Of a DNA stretch of 64,000 nt, positions 37,715-51,437 are shown piece by piece. The notes beneath the pieces were generated by a model, which was given only the letters and a program-made list of their open reading frames with translations, made no database searches and was not told where the DNA came from. Source of the DNA: Octopus vulgaris (Eukaryota); assembly GCA_951406725.2 (NCBI GenBank), contig OX597826.1, positions 31,868,001-31,932,000 of the forward strand. Reading direction: 5' to 3'. Both the position numbers and the translations under genes were made by a program. The first letter of the stretch is position 1; each line of letters begins with the position of its first letter.

Positions 37715-38097
37715 GTGATGTTTCATCAGGACAATGCGCGACCCCACACTGCAAAGATCACATCACAGAAGATCGAAGAGCTTGGTTGGGAAAAATTCCT
37801 CATCCACCTTATTCTCCCGACCTTGCTCCTTCAGACTACCATTTGTTTTGTAGTTTACAGAATCATTTGGGGGACATAACATTCGCAAGCCAGCGGGAGG
37901 AGGAAACTGACATTTCAGAGTTCTTCGCTTTCAAGCCAAAAGAGTTTTAAATCGATGGGATTAAAAAGCTTGTGAATAAATGGAAGGAATCCATAGATAA
38001 TCAGGGAAAGTACATTGATGATTAACTTTCAATTAAATATAACATTTGATCACTTTATTCAAAATTAGGACAGAACTTATGAGATGACCAGATATAT
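37715..38097 (+). mobile_element. mariner (DD34D) transposase 3' remnant with right TIR
   Basis: HQDNARPH and HPPYSPDLAPSDYHLF motifs, GIKKL...W, ending GGACAGAACTTATGAGATGACCAGATA-TA. Confidence 0.85.
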
Positions 38098-38099
38098 AG

Positions 38100-38137
<38 letters not shown>

Positions 38138-38763
38138 CAGATTTCTACCAAATCTACTGAGAAGGCTCTGGTGAGCCCGAGGCAATAGTAGAAGACACTT
38201 GCCTAATGTGCCACGCAGTGGGACTGAACCCAGAACCATGTGGTTGGGAAGCAAGCTTCTTATCACAGTCACGTCTTGTTGTACTTTATTGTGTGTATCT
38301 GAATATACTGCAGTGAAAGTACGTGGCCTAGTAATGAGGGGATGAGGGGATGTATATATATATATGTATGTGTGTGCACGCGCGCGTATGTATGTGCGTG
38401 TGTGTGCGCGCGTGTATGTGTATGTGTGTGCGCATTTGTTTTGTACGATTCTTGATGTAAAATCGTGTTGAAACAGATATTGTTATAGCCATTTTGCCAA
38501 TAAACACACCCACTATTTATTTGACCTTTATTTTAACTTTATTATTATTATTAGTTTATTTGTCAAAGATCTTTCGTAACACATTCTGTGATCTCTTCAC
38601 TGACTGCCTGTTTCTTGTGTCTCTCAGGCCTCGCCCAGCCTATTTCATCTTCGGCAAGATGGAATAGAGAGGACAAGACCAGACAGAAGAGGAAACATTA
38701 AGAAGTCCAGAAGAGGTCATTGAAGAGGTCACAATGCGTGACAAAAGAACTCTAGTAAATAAA

Positions 38764-38778
38764 CTACTGCTGCTATTG

Positions 38779-38823
<45 letters not shown>

Positions 38824-38825
38824 AT

Positions 38826-38904
<79 letters not shown>

Positions 38905-38938
38905 ACAACAACAACAACAACACCAACAACAACAACAA
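38764..38938. repeat. Compound trinucleotide microsatellite (CTA)n(ATA)n(GTA)n(ACA)n at the duplication junction
   Basis: Directly visible; abuts 38939. Confidence 0.95.
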
Positions 38939-39706
38939 ATGCAGAATGCATATGTGAATCATTTTGTACTCAATGTTTAATATTTTAAATGTTTTATTAA
39001 AATGTTCGCAATTCTAGTATATCAAATAGTTATTTCTCCTTAATACTGCACCACATATATACTTTTAGAGACAAATTTTGTAAATCTCGAATGGCAGAAT
39101 GTTATAACCACATTGTAAATACATTATAAAATATCACGTGATTACTTTCGAGGCACAATCACTGAGACATTGATCGATTTATGCTCTTTTACTTTATCTG
39201 GTCAACAGTCGAGCTTCCATATTAATTTTATCAAATTACTTTTATTAAACATTTATTTAATTCAGTAATATTTACGTGAATGATAGTTACATCATATAAA
39301 GGATAATGAAGTCCGAAGCGATAACTTTTACATAAGTAAACTATTGATCCAAAACCTCTTTTACTCTTAAAATTCCTTTGGTAAAAAATATTTATTTCTA
39401 GTAATGAGGCAGGAATTACTTCAAGTACCCTCCTTTGTTCACTCTAATAAGTATTTAATACAAATTATTTCTCAGCTCTGCATACATAGGATGCAAATAG
39501 TTAATATTTAAGACGTTTATAGCCAAGATTATATTTGTTTCACAACTGTTAATTAATTACCAAATGACATATTATAACGGATAATCTAATTAAAAGTGGG
39601 ATCATAAATTCCAGAATGAGTGTGAGATGTTGAATGAAACCAAATGTTATAAAGCAATTTCAGAGATATGTTGCATTATCTAAACTTCGGTCTTATTGTG
39701 TTATAG

Positions 39707-41382
39707 GTTCATTCTGGTTTCCGGTGATCCTGGTTGTTCTGGGAAAGTTTGGAATCTCTGGAGCGTTCACTTCAATTTTTCTTTTATCAGCAGAAATATT
39801 TCCAACCGTTGTTCGGTAATCGATCTTGATATTTATCTTTTGAATATGTGAGCGTTTTAATTATCTAAGTAGACAGCATTTCAAACATCACATAATGTGT
39901 AGCTTCCGCTGAACTCTCAGGTGAATACTTTTGTTTCAGGTTTCTGCTGCACTCTCAGGTGAATACTTTTGTTTCAGGTTTCTGCTGCACTCTCAGGTGA
40001 ATACTTTTGTTTCAGGTTTCTGCTGCACTCTCAGGTGAATACTTTTGTTTCCCAACCTTTCAGATCAACGAAATGTTACAGAATTACTTGCTTACATCAA
40101 CAAAACTTTCACCTTCACACTGTACGTTTTGTATATTTCATCATGGATTTACTATTCCCCATATCACTTTATGATTTTCTCGTCGCTCCATGATATTATT
40201 TCTCTATTTCTTTATTTCACCATATAAGTTCTTGGTAATTTACAATAAAATTAAAAATTGAAATTAAAATTTAAAAAAAGACAAAAGGGCGCTACTTTTG
40301 GATGGCACCTTTTGCTTATCTCCCTTGGATTTTGACCCTTGACAAAAAAAACTGTGTTGGATGATGAATTTGTTAGCATTATTTTGAGTATGTGTAATGT
40401 TTGTATATTTTGGTGTTAAGGGAGTTCATCAGGAGGGCCGCGTACCTTCTATGTATACCTTCTATGTATACCATCTATGTGTGGAGATCGTATGTTGTAT
40501 ATATTCAATGTTCACGTTCAGGGAAAGAAACAATCCTGATGATATCGGCAGAGTGGGTGGGAGTTGTTTGAAATGCCGGAGTGTAAAATATTGCTTGTGC
40601 ATGCAAGGAGACAAGATACCATCCCTGATGTTTAGCTTTTCCCATTTGGTGCCTCGTACCCTGTATTTTCTGGATTTAGTAATAATGCTGTATGTTATTT
40701 GGGAGTTGCTTTTCTCAAAAGTCAAGCCCAAGGGAGATAATCATTAAAAAGGGGAGGAGTATCCAAAGGTTGCAAGACGCAACGAACATTTTAGAAAAAT
40801 AAAAAAGAAATAAATGGAAATTTTACTGGTGAATGTGTTAAATTATAAAGCACCAAAAGAGAATGACTCTCCCTAGACACAAGTGTATATATATGCATAT
40901 ATATATATACTTTATTGAAAAACAGCAAATATATCACAAAAACTGTTACTCGGAGTTTCACGTTTTCGTTCGTCGGACAGTTTTGTATATGTCTGTATAT
41001 CAGGATTATAAATACTCATAACTTTCCATTGTGATGATATTTATATTACAAACTTTCTCAGAATTACGGTTTAAGCAAACCTCATGAATGTTTCATGCAT
41101 TTATCTCTATTTGTTATGTGTACGTCTCAATTATGAACACAAACTAATTTGTATTATTCTTGCTTTCAGAACAAATGGTTTAGGAATAGCTTCACTGTCT
41201 TCCCGCATCGGGGGCATAAGTGCACCCTTTTTACTGCAACTCTCGTACTATGTGAAATGGCTTCCCTAAGTATCTTCGGCCTTTTGTCGGTGATAGCTGG
41301 ATTATTGTTGCTGTTACTTCCAGACACAAAACATAGAAACTTACCTGAAACATTTGAAGATTTGGACAAATGGAAAAGCTGA
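39707..41382 (+). pseudogene. A': duplicated exons 8 (39707-39815) and 9 (41170-41382) of gene A, with a 1-bp deletion
   Basis: Near-identical to 8895-9003 and 10324-10537. CTTCCCCTAAG became CTTCCCTAAG, giving TAA at 41267-41269. Exons 1-7 are absent because the breakpoint lies in intron 7. Confidence 0.88.
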
Positions 41383-43213
41383 TAAAGCAACATTTTTACT
41401 GGATAGAAAATGAAGTAAAATTTCATGCAAAAGATTATATTGACAAATTTCAGTTTTTAAAATATTTATTATCTCTGATATTTTACAATAAATGATTTCA
41501 AAAGCAAGATCAAATAATGTCCTCTTAATCTTAAATTATTACTTTGAGGTTATTTTAAATATTAACTGTTCATTTGTTATAATATCACATTTTGAAGGTA
41601 TATATGCTAGTTAGATGAATTGGGTACATTTTACTGATGATAGTCACAAAAATATTGATAGAAATTACGAAAGAGTAAGAAGCATTTTAAAGGTAGGGCC
41701 AGTTCATGACACGGATTATTATGAAGGTCCTGGTTTCCAGACTAGGACAGAGTCAGAGGTTCATTTTGGAGTCGAGAAGTTAAAGTTATGGAGTATAACA
41801 CGATGCAGATATTTGACATCAGTGATAAACAAGCATTTACAGGTTTTATGAACAAAAGTAAAGCAGCTGAAGAATTAATGGCCAAAGTTGGTTTCCATGC
41901 TAAAAGAGGGGAAAGTAGAAGCAAAGGGAGACATAAGTTGGTCAAAGTAATTGTATGAAATGCTTATCAATTCTATTAATGAAGACTGTTCCTATATTAG
42001 ACCTAACTCTCACTGGGAAGGGAGAAAAAACTAATTTTCTTTACACACATGCATAAAAATGCAGGTATACAGACTCATTCCGTACAAAATTATTTCTTTC
42101 TGTGAACGCACTGAAGCATAATTTTTAGTGCAGTGATTGTTGCTTAGCCTCAATTCCTCTAGTTTCGATCCTTCGATCCTTTTAACTTTTCGTGAAGTAA
42201 AACTTTAATTTTAGTAGCCAATATGTCTTTCGTTTATAACAGAGATTTGAGGCTGATTTGTGTGCTGTTAAATCTAACAGCAATAGTGTTTACCTAATTG
42301 CTATGTTTTTGTATCACTGTTAAAAGACAGATTGAGCTTCTTTTCTATAAAATATAGGTCCGTTTCAGCATGTGAAAATTCTACACGAAACGATACGGTA
42401 ACTCGGTTTCAATTCCCAAATTTCATTTCATTTAAGTCGTTAATGAATATATAAAAAAATGAAAGTCGTAATTTCACATTTTTTAGGTTCTAAGAACATC
42501 TTATTTCATGTCAGTGTAAAAAATAATTTCAACATCTAGTCTGCTTCAACATACTCACATGAACTCTTTACTTTGGAAGTTGGAAAGATTTTGCTAAACA
42601 AGTTCCCTAAATACTTTTGAGTGCCACATGTACAGTGAAGACGCATATCCTGGTGGTTAAGATGAAGTTTTCATGATTATAAGGTTGTAGTTTCAATTTT
42701 TAGACAGGGTGGTTCGTTGTGTTCTTGAGCAAAACACTTCATGTTCCGTTACTCTACCTGAAGATGGGTTCCAGAAAAGGCTGGAGAGTTACCGCTGCAA
42801 AGGACTGGCGTCCCGTTCACGGGCTAAGAGTTGTGAGCTCAGTCATTTATACGCAATGGAAACAATGTTGTTCCACTTCATGTGTCATTTGTTCATAAAA
42901 GACCGAAATCAATAAGTTGCCTTCAAATTTAAACTTCAAATTATGAGGCAGGCAATGTTTAAACTCTAAATTTCCAGTAAAATGCTTATTATTTCAAAAC
43001 AGAATGTTTCATTGAATTAGCTACCAAAATTTAATTCCAACTACAGTGAGAGATCACAAGAAATAATCCATAAAAATGGTAAATCTTAGAGCCGTTTAAT
43101 CGTTTATTCAGGTTTAATTAAAACCTCCATTAATCTACACTTCACATCCTAATGAGGTTTTTTCTTGTGTTCATATAGATAATTGAATTTCCAGTTATTT
43201 TCATTGTGTACAG

Positions 43214-43355
43214 ATTTGATCGGAGAGTTGATATTTGACGAATACAATACTGGTCATCTGTGGACTTTTTGTACCATCATTGATCAGTTTCGTTATTCTC
43301 TATACTATTCAAGCTTCTGGGTATTTGGGACTCGTACTTACCACATATGCACTGG
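43214..43355 (+). pseudogene. C': duplicate of decayed exon 4 relic
   Basis: Copy of 12317-12458. Confidence 0.78.
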
Positions 43356-43422
43356 ACAAGTTATTCATATACATACATACATACATACATACATACATAC
43401 ATACATACATACATACATACAT

Positions 43423-43455
<33 letters not shown>

Positions 43456-43901
43456 TATATATATGTATATATTCTTTTACTTGTTTCAGTCATTTTGACT
43501 GCGGGCATGTTGGAGCACCTCCTCAAAGGGGTTTTAGTCGAATCAATCGACCCAAAGACTTATTCGTTGTAAGCCTAGTACTTATGCTATCGGTCTTTTA
43601 TGCCGAGCCACTAAGTCACAGAGACGTAAATACACCAATGTCGGTTGTCAAGTGATGGATATACAAAGACACACATAATTATATACATATAATATGTACA
43701 CTGCGGGCTTCTTTTAGTTTCCGTCTATCAAATCGACTCACAAGGATTTTGTCGGCCCGCAACTATAGTAGAAGACACTTGCCCAAGGTGCCACCCAGTG
43801 GGACCGAACCTGGAACTATGTGGTTGGGAAGCAAGCTTCCTACCACACAGCTATATATGTTATATGTATAAATATCATGAATATGTGTGTGTGCATATAT
43901 A

Positions 43902-43948
<47 letters not shown>

Positions 43949-45600
43949 ATTTCAGGATGGTCATTTTTGGGCCAAATAAACACACGCACTATAGATACGT
44001 TCTTCACTTCAGATTTATCATTGTTCTTATATATTTTTCGTCTGGAAATCTTTCGCCACATATCTGTAATCCCTTCAAGAGATGTTCCCCTACATTCTTG
44101 CACTCCCGTCGCCCGTCACTTCCACTTGGCCAACCATTCCTCCTCTAACATCTTCGTCCTTGGCCTCGCTCTACACTTGGATCCACACTCACGACTTCGC
44201 CTGGAACAGCGGTATATCTTTAATCTACAGACAACTATCCTCCACGGACTAAACACAACCCCCTCCTCCTATTGATGGCCTCTGTAATAATTATCTGTAA
44301 TAAAGCATAGCCTCAAAAACGCCAAATAGCGATACAAACAGCTCCGTATAACAAGGAAGGGAAACAACTGCGAAGGAACATAATTCACTGTTATAACCCA
44401 CAAATCGTGGGTTACTAAATAACTTTTCTTAGATTGAATTTCTTCTTAACCTTCGTGTACTGAAAATATTTTCTTAGTTCATTTAGGATTTAACTAATTT
44501 TGGATTGCCCTGAAAACGTTGTGTTAACATCTATTTTCGGATATATTGATTTGAATTACATATTCTGTATCAAAATATGATGATACGACAGAAACAATCA
44601 TCGGCTTTCTATGGTGAATTCAACAATTAAAGATGTGATTTTTTTTCTATCCGTATTTCTGTTGTCTAATAGTTTGAAATTCTCGAAACTCTTTTAAATT
44701 ATATTTAGATTTGCTTGCCATACACAAGGAATAATTTTCGGTGTGTATTCTACTTGCATTTATTGATGTCTGATTGTTTGATAGACTTAAAACTAAGAAC
44801 TTTATTGATATCTGCCTGGATGATTTAATCCCTTTTTGCTCTTATTGCACATATATCTGTGTATGTGTGTGTGTATAGATCGATAAGTATGTGCATTTAT
44901 ATAATTATATATCCATCTCTACATCTCTCTCTCCTTTTATATTTCTACTCAAATGCACACACACAGACTCGCGCGCGCACACACAATTCATATATAGCCA
45001 AGATAGATGTGTTAACAACCCAGTAGCCCAAGTAAAAATGAATTGAAAAAGAGGTTGCTTTTTCACTTATAATATCTGAAGGTTTTCCTACATCAAGAAT
45101 TAGTCAGAGATTTTCGAAGCGTTGGTCATGGCTACTTGAAATTTGGATTTATTTACGAGAATGTGAGTAGATGTGTGTGTGTGTGCACAAATGCACACAC
45201 ACGCACGCACACACACACACACACACACTCACACACACACACTCACACACACAAACCTACACACACACATTTTTATTTTGTTCTCTATGTGTTCTACGAA
45301 TAAAATGAATTAATTTAAATAACTACAAACATTCGTACATTTGTTCCCAATTAAATTTTAAATATTCATTATGGTCAACTTTCGATATTCCCTTTGACAA
45401 CAACCAAATAATTGGTCCCTGAACCAAAAAAATCTATGTATAAAATAGAAATACTCACCGAAATAAGGAGCAGTTCATATTCTTATTATTACACAATTTA
45501 AATTAAAGAGAAAATGCTCCAAGTTTTACGCATTGATATTTAAAGAAAATTTTATGAAATTCTTGAATGTTTAAATTTATTTTTATTAATCTACTTACAG

Positions 45601-47144
45601 TTTGGTTTGGTATGCGAAAACAAATGGTTAAGATCCACTTTGCAGTCAGTTTATATTGCTGGCTATCTTGTTGGAGCAATAGTATTTGGTGCTTTAGCTG
45701 ACAGGTAAGATCTCCTTCCTTTTTGTATATCCAGTGGATTGTATATGTCGTTTGTCTTTGATATTCCATGCATTCTACCAGAATTCTTTCCTTTTGTAGG
45801 TTTCATTATTAATTTCCACGTTATAGTAAAATCAATCATTGGTGGAGGAATTTGGTATTTTTTGTACATGAGATATGTTGTTGCTATTTCTTTTGTTTAA
45901 TTTGAAGTTAGAAATGATGAACTACTTGCAAGATCAGATTAGAAAACCCATCGCATTGATTATAACATTGTTGTCTGGTGAAGATATTTGAAGACATTTT
46001 TCTCTTTACTCTTTATGGACTATTTTCTTACTAATCGGAGTAAACTCCTTGTAGTCTAGATGAGGGGTTCCGTTTTAGTTATCAGTAGTGTAATTACCAA
46101 ATGATAAAAAGTCAAGTTCCTAAACAGACGATATTTTGACTCAGTTCACATTCTCAATTGTAATTATATTATATCATTTACGTCATTAATGAACAAACCG
46201 AACGTCACAGTTTCACATTTCTGCAGTGCTGAGAATTACCTATTTCATACCCGTATCAGGAACAGTTCTAGCAGCTAAAGTGCCTTGATATATTTAGTTG
46301 AATTGCTTAACGAAGTGGTTATATTTCGCCGAGCAATCTCCCCAAGACATTTTTAAAAGGGGTGCCACACGCTTTTAGACTTACTCGTTAACATAGCATA
46401 TATATAAAATTTCAAGTAACGGCATATACGAAGTCCGTTATATTTTCATTTGCAAAAAGAAAATCCAGAGGATATTAAACAATAATATATTAAATAATAA
46501 AACAGCTTCTGTTTATTTTTATAGATACTTAAGATCATGATTAATCTACAATCAAGATTTTCTTATGAGATTTTCATTTGTGTTCTTTCTTTTTCTTATG
46601 TTATAGTCAATTAATAACTTTTATTTTATCTTCCTCTTTTACTAATGTATACCACCCATCTCTGTCTGTCTGCTTCTCTCTCTCTCACTCTCTCGCTCTC
46701 TTTCTCTCTGACACTCGTTTACACATAAACATGAAATCAGATATATAAACACACAAAAATAGACAATTCCCTCTCGCAGTCTTTTATTAATATCACGTTT
46801 CAGTTTTGGCGCAGTTAAAGACCTTCTCTGTTATGAGACCTTGTCACCAGACAAAGCGTAAACAACATTTTTCGAAAATACGTTACGTAAATGTGCAATC
46901 CTAGTGCTCAGTTTTTGTTCCTATATTTATTAACAAGCCATTTAAAATTTCTTAAACAATATTTTCAGCATTTCTGATTTCCATATAGATTTGGTCGGAG
47001 AACCATTTTATTGCTTGCGAATACATGCCTAGTCGTTTGCAGAGTTACCAAAATTTTCATACCATCGTTGATAATTTTTTCTCCATTCTTTATTGGATTC
47101 AGGCTTCTGGTAATATTGGCATACTATTTAGAAGTTATACATGA
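45601..47144 (+). pseudogene. D': duplicate of exon 3 (45601-45704) and exon 4 (46989-~47144) relics
   Basis: Copy of 14714-16263. Confidence 0.8.
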
Positions 47145-47895
47145 AATAAGTTACTCTCACCTACATACATACATACATACATACATACATACATACATAC
47201 ATGACAGCTGTCCACTCGTGACCGAGGACGATCACAGCTGACCTTCAGGAACATTGTGCGCTCTAGGACTAACTTATATTTTGCATTTGCGACTCTGTTG
47301 GTGGCTAATGAGCCATGTTCTTGACAAGCATACACGTCTGAAAACATTGCAAACCAAGCTTTCTCCATTCACTACACCACCAGCACACTTTCGAGCAACA
47401 TACATACATACATACATACATACATACATACATACATACATACATACATACGTACATACATACATATGCGTTTGCAATCCAGGAACAGGAGATTGCCATA
47501 AAGTACATGGTGAGCAAGAGAGACAGTGACATTCCTGTTATCCCAAGGTGCAGCCGTATGTGTAGGCTACGTCATGTTTCTGCAGAACACATTACGCATG
47601 TGTTTAGCAGCTGTCCTAAAATGTCGTCACGGTACTACCTCCCTATGCGGTACGATGTTGTTGCTAAAGGAGAATATGGATAAACTGGGATTTTCAGAAA
47701 GAGGAATGAGCCGGCTGATTCATACATTACAAGTACAATCTGTGAGTGGAACAGTAAAAATATGCAAGACTTTCCTCAAGTTCCAAATGTGAATTTGTAT
47801 GTGTTAACTACATCTCGAAGATGGAACCTTGTATCTTTGTTGGAAACCGGCTCGCTCTTCAGTGGAAGATTTATAATAATAAAAAAATAGAAGAG

Positions 47896-48286
47896 ACATA
47901 CATACATACATACATACATACATACATACATACATACATACATACATACATACATACATACATACATGCATACATGCATGCATACATGCATACATACATA
48001 CATACATACATACATACATACATACATACATACATACAGTCATACATACATACATACATACATTCATACATACATACATACATGCATACATACATTCATA
48101 CATACATACATGCATACATGCATACATGCATACATACATACATACAAACATATATACATACATACATGCATGCATACATACATACTTACATACATACATA
48201 CATGCATACATACATGCATGCATACATACATACATACATACATACATGCATACATGCATACATACATACATACATACATACATACA

Positions 48287-48315
<29 letters not shown>
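47896..48315. repeat. (CATA)n/(CATG) tetranucleotide array (shorter homolog 17068-17250)
   Basis: Directly visible. Representative of many (TA)n, (CA)n, (CATA)n, (TTC)n and (CTAT)n tracts, e.g. 1354-1463, 6195-6364, 20158-20230, 29701-29872, 35358-35460, 51588-51774. Confidence 0.95.
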
Positions 48316-48318
<3 letters not shown>

Positions 48319-48493
48319 ATTTCACTACTCTTATAAATCCTCTGCTTTTGTTATGGTAATACACCAATGAACATATAAAAGCGATAAAACTAACATATTT
48401 CCTTCAATCAAAAACTATACATAACTGAAGAGGTCATAACTAGATCAAAATATGACAAGCGTTATCTCCCGTGCACGTTGAATATCTTACGAT

Positions 48494-50265
48494 CAGTGAT
48501 GTAGCTAGGATATGGCAGGTTGGGCACTTGCCATGAGCGAAGTTCTGAGGGTGGGGCGCAATTTTGAGTCATGAATGAGTAAAGTAACTTACATTTGGCA
48601 AATTTTTCTGTCCATTCATGCACCTCCATGTACGCTGCGGCAAATTTTGTTGATGTGTGGGTGGTCTCAAGAATGTGGGCCAATGCCAACCCCAGAAACC
48701 ACCCCACCATGATATTTGTATGCAGGTAGACCTTAGCGCCTCACTCCCGCAAATTAATATCCTTCTGCCTTCATCGGTGCACTTCCCTCTCTATCCTCGC
48801 TTGTCAAAATACCTATTCGCTAGTTTTATAAATTGGTTACGAGCCAAGTAAGTCATTTGAGCTGTACACCCCCCTTGCAAATTAGCACGCAGCCTTGTCA
48901 GAAGTAGCTCCTTCGCCTAAACGTTTAAACCGATATACGTATAGCTATTTGGCTGACAGTTGTCAACGTTCTCTGCAAAGAATTGGTTGATATGGCAATT
49001 TCAGATCATTTATCTTTATACTGACGATCTTCTTGGGAATTAATCCTTACGTTTCTTCCTAGCTCAAAGTTGTTGATCATACTTGCGTGAGTAAATATTT
49101 CCGATATTCTTATGCCTGTGCACAATGGTAGATTTAGTTTCAAAAAGGTTTGAAAGATTATTTCTGATATGATTTTATTTTTCACTTGCATATGCAAGCA
49201 GAGTAATTTTTTAATGTTAAAATGTAAACATGAACCAAATTTGTTGAAACGTTTTCTAACCAGACCCACTCAAATCCATTCAATCAAAAATCTTTAATTT
49301 TCAACACTGCAATGGTACGGACTCGAAATAATCGTTTTTTTTTTACTGAAAATACTGTGAAACTGTCAAAATTGTATCGCATAGAGAAAAAATTGTCAAC
49401 TTTTTCCTCACATGTCACTGAATATTGAAAAAAGTAAATAAGTAGTATATTCAATATTGTAAAACTCAATATTTACTCCCCGGGGTGAATTAGAATTTTT
49501 ATTTTACCACAGTGGTATGTGGCGTTACTTGCTTTATTTGATGTAAAAGAATTAAAGTGCGTAGATCTGCGTAGAGCGTCTTCTTAAAGAAATGAATGCG
49601 AGGTCTTCCTGGCTGCGCGATCTTGACGCCAAAATTTGCTTCCTTATCGATGTCCAGTGTCTGCGTTTTGGCAGTTTTGCGGATCTCCGGACACGTTGCA
49701 TTACCTTTGGGAACGCCTACAGCAACGATATCGATGCAACCGAACTTTTCGAAGAAATCCTCGATCGCAGAATGCTATTTGCAGGTCGTGAACACCACCA
49801 AATATCAAATTCTGAAGATCTTCTTCAATTTATCGTCCAATATGGAGATGAAAGTGTGTTCCCTAACCTTCGCGTTGCGATATAGATTCTGCTGACAGTA
49901 GCTGTTTCCATTGCTGGTTGCGAGAGATCCTTCAGCAAGCTGAACCTGATCATATCCTTCCTGAGATCTTCTATGACACAAGGAAGACTCCATGACCTCA
50001 CGTTGCTGAGCATGGAGCGAGGAGAAGTGAACACCAATTTCGATTGTATCATTGACAACTTTGCATCGAAGAAAGCTAGAAGGGAACCCCTTTAAAATAG
50101 TCAATGTCTACTTTCTGAATAAGTAAATTTTATGAATATTTTCTGACTAAATAACTGTTTCGTTTTCTCTTAAAAATGGATCGGATGGATTAGGATTGGA
50201 AATGGTGGTGGGGAGGGCGCAAATTTTGGCTGTGCCCTGCACGCCATTTACCCTATTTACGCCAC
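48494..50265 (+). mobile_element. hAT element, duplicate copy with damaged right end
   Basis: Copy of 17430-19212; terminal TG and right TSD are replaced by filler. Confidence 0.9.
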
Positions 50266-50977
50266 GTTGCAATATTACAATATTTGCCTAAATTTGTCTT
50301 TTCGTCGTTACATCTCAAGTAATAGTTCATTTACACGAAACAGTCTGTGAATTAAAGCTAAGTAAATGTGTGTCAACTGCACCCTCTAATACTGAATTCG
50401 TTTCCACTTCAATGAACTTCAGTTATGAGATATTTATATCGCATACAGAAAAAATTGCCAACTTTTACCTCACGTGTGACTCATCTTGAAAGAAGCAAAT
50501 ATTCAATATTGTAAAACTCAATATTTACTTCCCGGGTTGAATTGGGATTTTTTATTTTACCACAGTGTTATGCGGCGTTACTTGCTTTATTTGATGTAAA
50601 AGAATTAAAGTGCGTAGATCTGCGTAGAGCGTCTTCTTAAAGAAAGGAACGCGAGTTGACGGCAAATTTGGCTACCTTATGAGAGACATTCTGACAGAAA
50701 TGTATAAACTCACTATTCTATTACCTTGACGAAATTTTTCTACGGTGGAGTAGAACATATTTGGTAAGTAGCGTTATTTATTTTGGATAGAAATTCACTT
50801 TAAATGAACACTTTGAATGTGAATTGTTTTAATAAACATATCCACAAATACAATTGCATCTCTATCTGCACGCAGGCATACGTAAACGAATACAAGTACA
50901 GCTAAATGTGCACTGGCAAGCACGCACACACACACACACGTGAAATCGGCGTGTATGAATATACATACGTACATATA

Positions 50978-51374
50978 TCTTTATATATAAAAGTAAGGTT
51001 GTGTGTCTGTCTCCTACGATGTAGATTCCTAACTACTCCCACATTTTGCGGTGCAGTTTAACCAAAACCGGGTATCTTATAGTCGTGATTCATATCGAGC
51101 CCTTCTGGGTATTAGCGCGCGTCTACGATGAGTCTACGATTTAAAAAAAAATTTACCATCATTTTTTTCCATTTTAATGCATTTTTTCCGCTATTACATA
51201 AGGCAAGTAACTCTCTAAAAATGTCTACGATGAGTCAACGATTTAAAAAAAAATTTACCATCATTTTTTTTCCATTTTTAATGCATTTTTTGCTATTTTT
51301 GGCTATAACTCTCTAAAAATGCTTATATAGTTATTTCCCTTACAAACCCGAGCAACGCCGGGCGATACTGCTAG
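50978..51374 (+). mobile_element. Non-autonomous Helitron (copy-2 specific)
   Basis: 5'-TC...CTAG-3' with a subterminal hairpin CCCGAGCAACGCCGGG, inserted between A and T with no TSD. The empty site is at ~19957 in copy 1. Confidence 0.9.
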
Positions 51375-51395
51375 TATTTATATATGAATATATAA

Positions 51396-51437
<42 letters not shown>

